Shown: positions 30,883 to 33,795 of the stretch, one piece after another | Layout: every line of letters starts with the position of its first letter | How positions within the stretch are numbered: the first letter of the stretch is position 1 | DNA from: Spirochaetales bacterium | GTDB lineage: Bacteria; Spirochaetota; Spirochaetia; JABMQR01 | DNA: 33,795 nt | Assembly: GCA_023139255.1 (NCBI GenBank) | Contig: JAGLNY010000125.1 | Span: forward strand, 1-33,795 | Direction of reading: 5' to 3' | Position numbers and translations under genes: made by a program | The notes under the pieces: generated by a model | What the model was told of the DNA's origin: nothing | The model's database searches: none | What the model saw: the letters and a program-made list of their open reading frames with translations, nothing else

Positions 30883-31869
30883 ATGGTTAATCTTGCAGCT
30901 TCATATCTTGGTCTGAATCTTATAAATCCTATTATTGTTGCCAGCTCCCGTTTAACTTCCCAGCTGGATGGCTTGAAAAAGAGTGAAGATGCCGGTGCGG
31001 GTGCTGTTGTTTTGAAATCGATATTTGAAGAGCAGATTGAATCTGATTCAAATTCCATGATCAAGGGTATGGATGATTTTGCCGTGCATGCTGATGCATA
31101 TGACTTTTTTACCAATTCAAGTAAAGATTATTATATTGATCGATATCTGGAATTAGTAGAACAGGCAAAGAAAGCTCTTTCTATTCCTGTAATTGCGAGT
31201 ATTAACTGTCTCCGCCCGGGTTCATGGCTTGAGTATGCCCATAGATTCCAGGAAATCGGGGCTGATGCCCTGGAAATGAATATGTTTATTCTCCCTTCAA
31301 ATTCTGTAGAAACAGGTCGTGAAATTGAACAGAAATACATTGATCTCATTAAGAACCTGAAAAACCGGTTGGTAATCCCTTTAGCTTTAAAATTGGGAAC
31401 TTACTTCAGTGGGATGGCGAATTTTATGAAACAACTGGATGACAGTGGTATCAGTGGATTGGTTCTTTTTAATAGATATTATAAAACAGATATTGATATA
31501 GAGAACCTGAACTTTAGGGCAGGAAAAATTATTAGTGTAAAAGAGGAATCGGCAGTTCCCCTGCAGTGGACGGCATTGATGTCAGGAGAACTTTCCTGTG
31601 ACATTTGCGGAAACACTGGTATATATTCCGGGGAGACAATCATTAAATTTCTTTTGGCGGGTGCTTCAGCAATCCAGATTTGTTCTTCTATAATGACAGA
31701 GGGGTATACTGTTATAGGTAAAATGAAAGAGACTATAGAGAACTGGATGGAAAGTAAAAATTATACTTCAATAAATGACTTCAGCGGGATTCTCTGTCAG
31801 GAGACACATGATGATCCTGAAATCTGGGAGCGGTCGCAATATGTCAAGGCTGTTTGCGGTATAAGTTAA
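30883..31869 (+). CDS. Dihydroorotate dehydrogenase-like TIM-barrel flavoprotein (no recognisable catalytic Cys/Ser motif)
   Basis: 328 aa. The N-terminus (L.NPIIVASS) and the C-terminal FMN phosphate-binding block (NTGIYSGETIIKFLLAGASAIQICSS) match the class-1 DHOD/DPD fold. The expected E-L-N-x-S-C-P-N block reads ALEMNMFILPSN. Confidence 0.75.
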   Translation: MVNLAASYLGLNLINPIIVASSRLTSQLDGLKKSEDAGAGAVVLKSIFEEQIESDSNSMIKGMDDFAVHADAYDFFTNSSKDYYIDRYLELVEQAKKALSIPVIASINCLRPGSWLEYAHRFQEIGADALEMNMFILPSNSVETGREIEQKYIDLIKNLKNRLVIPLALKLGTYFSGMANFMKQLDDSGISGLVLFNRYYKTDIDIENLNFRAGKIISVKEESAVPLQWTALMSGELSCDICGNTGIYSGETIIKFLLAGASAIQICSSIMTEGYTVIGKMKETIENWMESKNYTSINDFSGILCQETHDDPEIWERSQYVKAVCGIS

Positions 31870-31892
31870 TGAGGCAATTTCAGATACTATGA

Positions 31893-31922
31893 TTGACGTA
31901 TGAAAGTAGATTAGGGTATTAT
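31893..31922 (+). promoter_or_regulatory. Candidate sigma70 promoter for the acyltransferase gene
   Basis: TTGACG (31893-31898), an 18-nt spacer, then TATTAT (31917-31922). Confidence 0.35.
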
Positions 31923-31942
31923 TCCATTAATAAGAAGGTAAC

Positions 31943-33088
31943 ATGAATTTACAGGATGAATATGCAGATATCGCACCTTACTCGGGCAAACAGATCAAGG
32001 AAGCAATTGAGCGGCTAAAAGAAGACAAAGATTTTCTGTATAGTCTGTGTGAGGTGACATCACAGTCATGGCGTATTCTGGCACCTGTAAAACGATCCCA
32101 GTTTAAGAATGAATTGTACCCCGTACTGGATAGTGTAAAAACAATCAAGGATTTTCAGGAAAACATCACATCGTTTTTTGTTATGGATAAAATCATTGAA
32201 AATTCTATGGAAGTATTTACCTGGGCCGGGCTGGAAAATCTTGAAAAAGACGGGGCATATCTCTATTTTAGCAATCATCGGGATATTGTTCTTGACTGTG
32301 CATTATTAAATTTTACGCTTGGACGACAGGGATATAAATATGCCGAGATCGCCGTTGGTGATAATCTTCTTTTAAACCAGCTGGCTACCGACTTGTTTAA
32401 ATTGAATGGTGCTGTAACGGTTAAAAGAAGTTTGTCTTTACGGGATAAATTTCACGAATCAAAAAGACTTTCATCGTATTTCGTAAAAACCATCACAGAA
32501 AACAACCGGTCAATGTGGGTTGCCCAGAAAAGCGGCAGAGCAAAGGATGGTATAGACCTGACAAGTCCATCAATTATTAAGATGCTCCATATGTCTCAAA
32601 AAGATGCCGGTATGGATCTTCAGACCTTACTGGGAAAATGCAGGATTGTACCGGTTGCAATCTCTTATGAATTTGATCCCTGCGATATAAATAAGGGACG
32701 TGAATTGCTTAAAAGAAGTCTGAAAGGTGCTTATAAGAAGAAGAAATATGATGATTTGATACAAATTCTTAAAGGGCTGAAAAGATATAAAGGACGAGTG
32801 CATCTTCATGTCGGCAAACCGCTTGGAGTCAATTATGCAGATCACATTGAAGTTGCAAATGAAATTGACAGACAAATACACCTTGGCTATAAGCTCTGGG
32901 CATCAAATTATATAGCTTATGATATACTGGATTCTTCAGGAAGGTTTGACAATAAATATTCAAAATCTGAGAAGAAAAGTTTTATTGCACGTTATAAAAG
33001 ATTGGCAGATGATTTAGTGCATATGGTACTGAATACGTATGCAAATCCAGTACGAATGCAATTAAAAGCATTAGACGAAAGAGGGTAG
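31943..33088 (+). CDS. Glycerolipid acyltransferase (PlsC/LPLAT superfamily)
   Basis: 381 aa. Acyltransferase blocks are present: FSNHRDIVLDCALLN (block I His/Asp), GAVTVKR, AQKSGRAKDG (block III-like) and IVPVAISYE (block IV). Confidence 0.72.
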   Translation: MNLQDEYADIAPYSGKQIKEAIERLKEDKDFLYSLCEVTSQSWRILAPVKRSQFKNELYPVLDSVKTIKDFQENITSFFVMDKIIENSMEVFTWAGLENLEKDGAYLYFSNHRDIVLDCALLNFTLGRQGYKYAEIAVGDNLLLNQLATDLFKLNGAVTVKRSLSLRDKFHESKRLSSYFVKTITENNRSMWVAQKSGRAKDGIDLTSPSIIKMLHMSQKDAGMDLQTLLGKCRIVPVAISYEFDPCDINKGRELLKRSLKGAYKKKKYDDLIQILKGLKRYKGRVHLHVGKPLGVNYADHIEVANEIDRQIHLGYKLWASNYIAYDILDSSGRFDNKYSKSEKKSFIARYKRLADDLVHMVLNTYANPVRMQLKALDERG

Positions 33089-33093
33089 CATTT

Positions 33094-33795
33094 TTGGGCA
33101 TTCCCCTGCAAAAAAAAAGAACCATATACATCCTCAAAAACATAGTACTTATTTTATGTCTTGGTGTTTTTTTGTTTTCTTGTGCACAGGATGAACTGGA
33201 AATCCTGAGTGTAGAATCAAGAATTAGATTTTCCTATGATCCATCTGGAAAGGGTATACAACAGTTTTTTTCCGTTCATTTTGAGGTGGAAAACCGTGAT
33301 ATAGCAGAATCAGTACAGGAACTGAGAATGCTGGCCGATACATCATCGTTCACGTGGGAAGTTGAATCCGGGAAATTACAGATAATGACAATTGATTCCA
33401 GAATTTTTATTGGCACAAATGCTATGTCACAACCTGAAGGGATACTCTTTCCTGAAGGGGATTATAGAATAGAGATTATTACTGGTCAGGGAAATCGGGC
33501 AGAATCCTTGCTTACATTTCCCCGGGCGGAACTTTTTTCCGGTGTCTGGGATAATCCGGGAAATTGGTTTCCTTCAATCACTGAGCAGCCGGATAAATCT
33601 CTTGTTCTTTTTGGCGGGGAGAAATTTCTTATTAGAAGATACAATTCTTCAGGCAGTTACGTGGATGCTTTTTACCTTAATACCCTGATAATTAAGCCGG
33701 ATACAAAAACCTATTTAATGCTTAAGGAGTATGAGTTTATAGAGATATCAGTTTTTAATCATACAGTAGGTGCTGAATTGACAACTGGTCCAATC
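33094..33795 (+). CDS. Putative lipoprotein, 3'-partial (runs off the window)
   Basis: Not in the ORF track. TTG at 33094 lies 8 nt after GAGGG. The frame stays open for 234 codons to the window end (checked by hand). The N-terminus (M)GIPLQKKRTIYILKNIVLILCLGVFLFSCAQDE is a basic n-region, a hydrophobic core and the lipobox-like L-F-S-C. I recognised no family. Confidence 0.6.
   Translation, partial: MGIPLQKKRTIYILKNIVLILCLGVFLFSCAQDELEILSVESRIRFSYDPSGKGIQQFFSVHFEVENRDIAESVQELRMLADTSSFTWEVESGKLQIMTIDSRIFIGTNAMSQPEGILFPEGDYRIEIITGQGNRAESLLTFPRAELFSGVWDNPGNWFPSITEQPDKSLVLFGGEKFLIRRYNSSGSYVDAFYLNTLIIKPDTKTYLMLKEYEFIEISVFNHTVGAELTTGPI

Noticed and set aside
30816-31115. 99-aa minus-strand ORF.
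   Set aside because: It overlaps the 5' end of the DHOD-like gene in antisense and has no motifs.
1-33795. tRNA, rRNA, transposase, integrase, prophage genes or known multi-gene defence systems (RM, CBASS, Thoeris, Gabija and similar).
   Set aside because: I recognised no such sequence or motif in any intergenic region or ORF. This is a visual assessment only. tRNAscan-SE, Infernal and DefenseFinder should confirm it.

Overview
This is a 33.8-kb bacterial chromosomal segment. G+C is roughly 40% by eye. It has Shine-Dalgarno-type RBSs, many ATGA-coupled gene junctions and several GTG/TTG starts. The taxon cannot be fixed without a database search.

Gene order, mostly housekeeping:
- arfB (partial, missing from the ORF track), padR, and a divergent MFS transporter
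- a heterodimeric ABC exporter preceded by a mini-ORF leader
- a convergent U32 peptidase and lon
- an AT-rich islet with an AbiEii-type nucleotidyltransferase, a small overlapping partner, and a divergent HisI-like/HisG-like pair
- a lacI-family regulator and a PIN-toxin remnant next to a perfect 23-bp inverted repeat
- a melR-like araC regulator, melA (GH4 alpha-galactosidase) and a truncated melB-like remnant
- a DUF1820 gene, an orphan arcC and a DUF4105 membrane protein
- recO-thpR-recJ and rpsU
- serA-serC-lrp-gcvT-gcvH-gcvPA-gcvPB
- a DHOD-like flavoprotein, a PlsC-superfamily acyltransferase, and a TTG-start lipoprotein (partial, missing from the ORF track)

I recognised no rRNA, tRNA, CRISPR array, transposase or integrase.

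Best candidates for something new:
1. The AT-rich islet at about 10.0-12.7 kb. It joins an uncharacterised NTase two-gene module to a HisI/HisG-like pair whose catalytic motifs deviate from canonical histidine enzymes.
2. A hairpin-forming inverted-repeat element with AGGAG...CTCCT ends. It lies in the same orientation upstream of lon and serA, with fragments elsewhere.
3. A leader peptide plus an SD-sequestering hairpin in front of the ABC exporter.
4. A DHOD-like protein without the catalytic Cys motif, placed directly after a gcv operon that lacks an L-protein gene.

All family calls come from motif recognition by eye and from remembered reference sequences. None has been verified by search.
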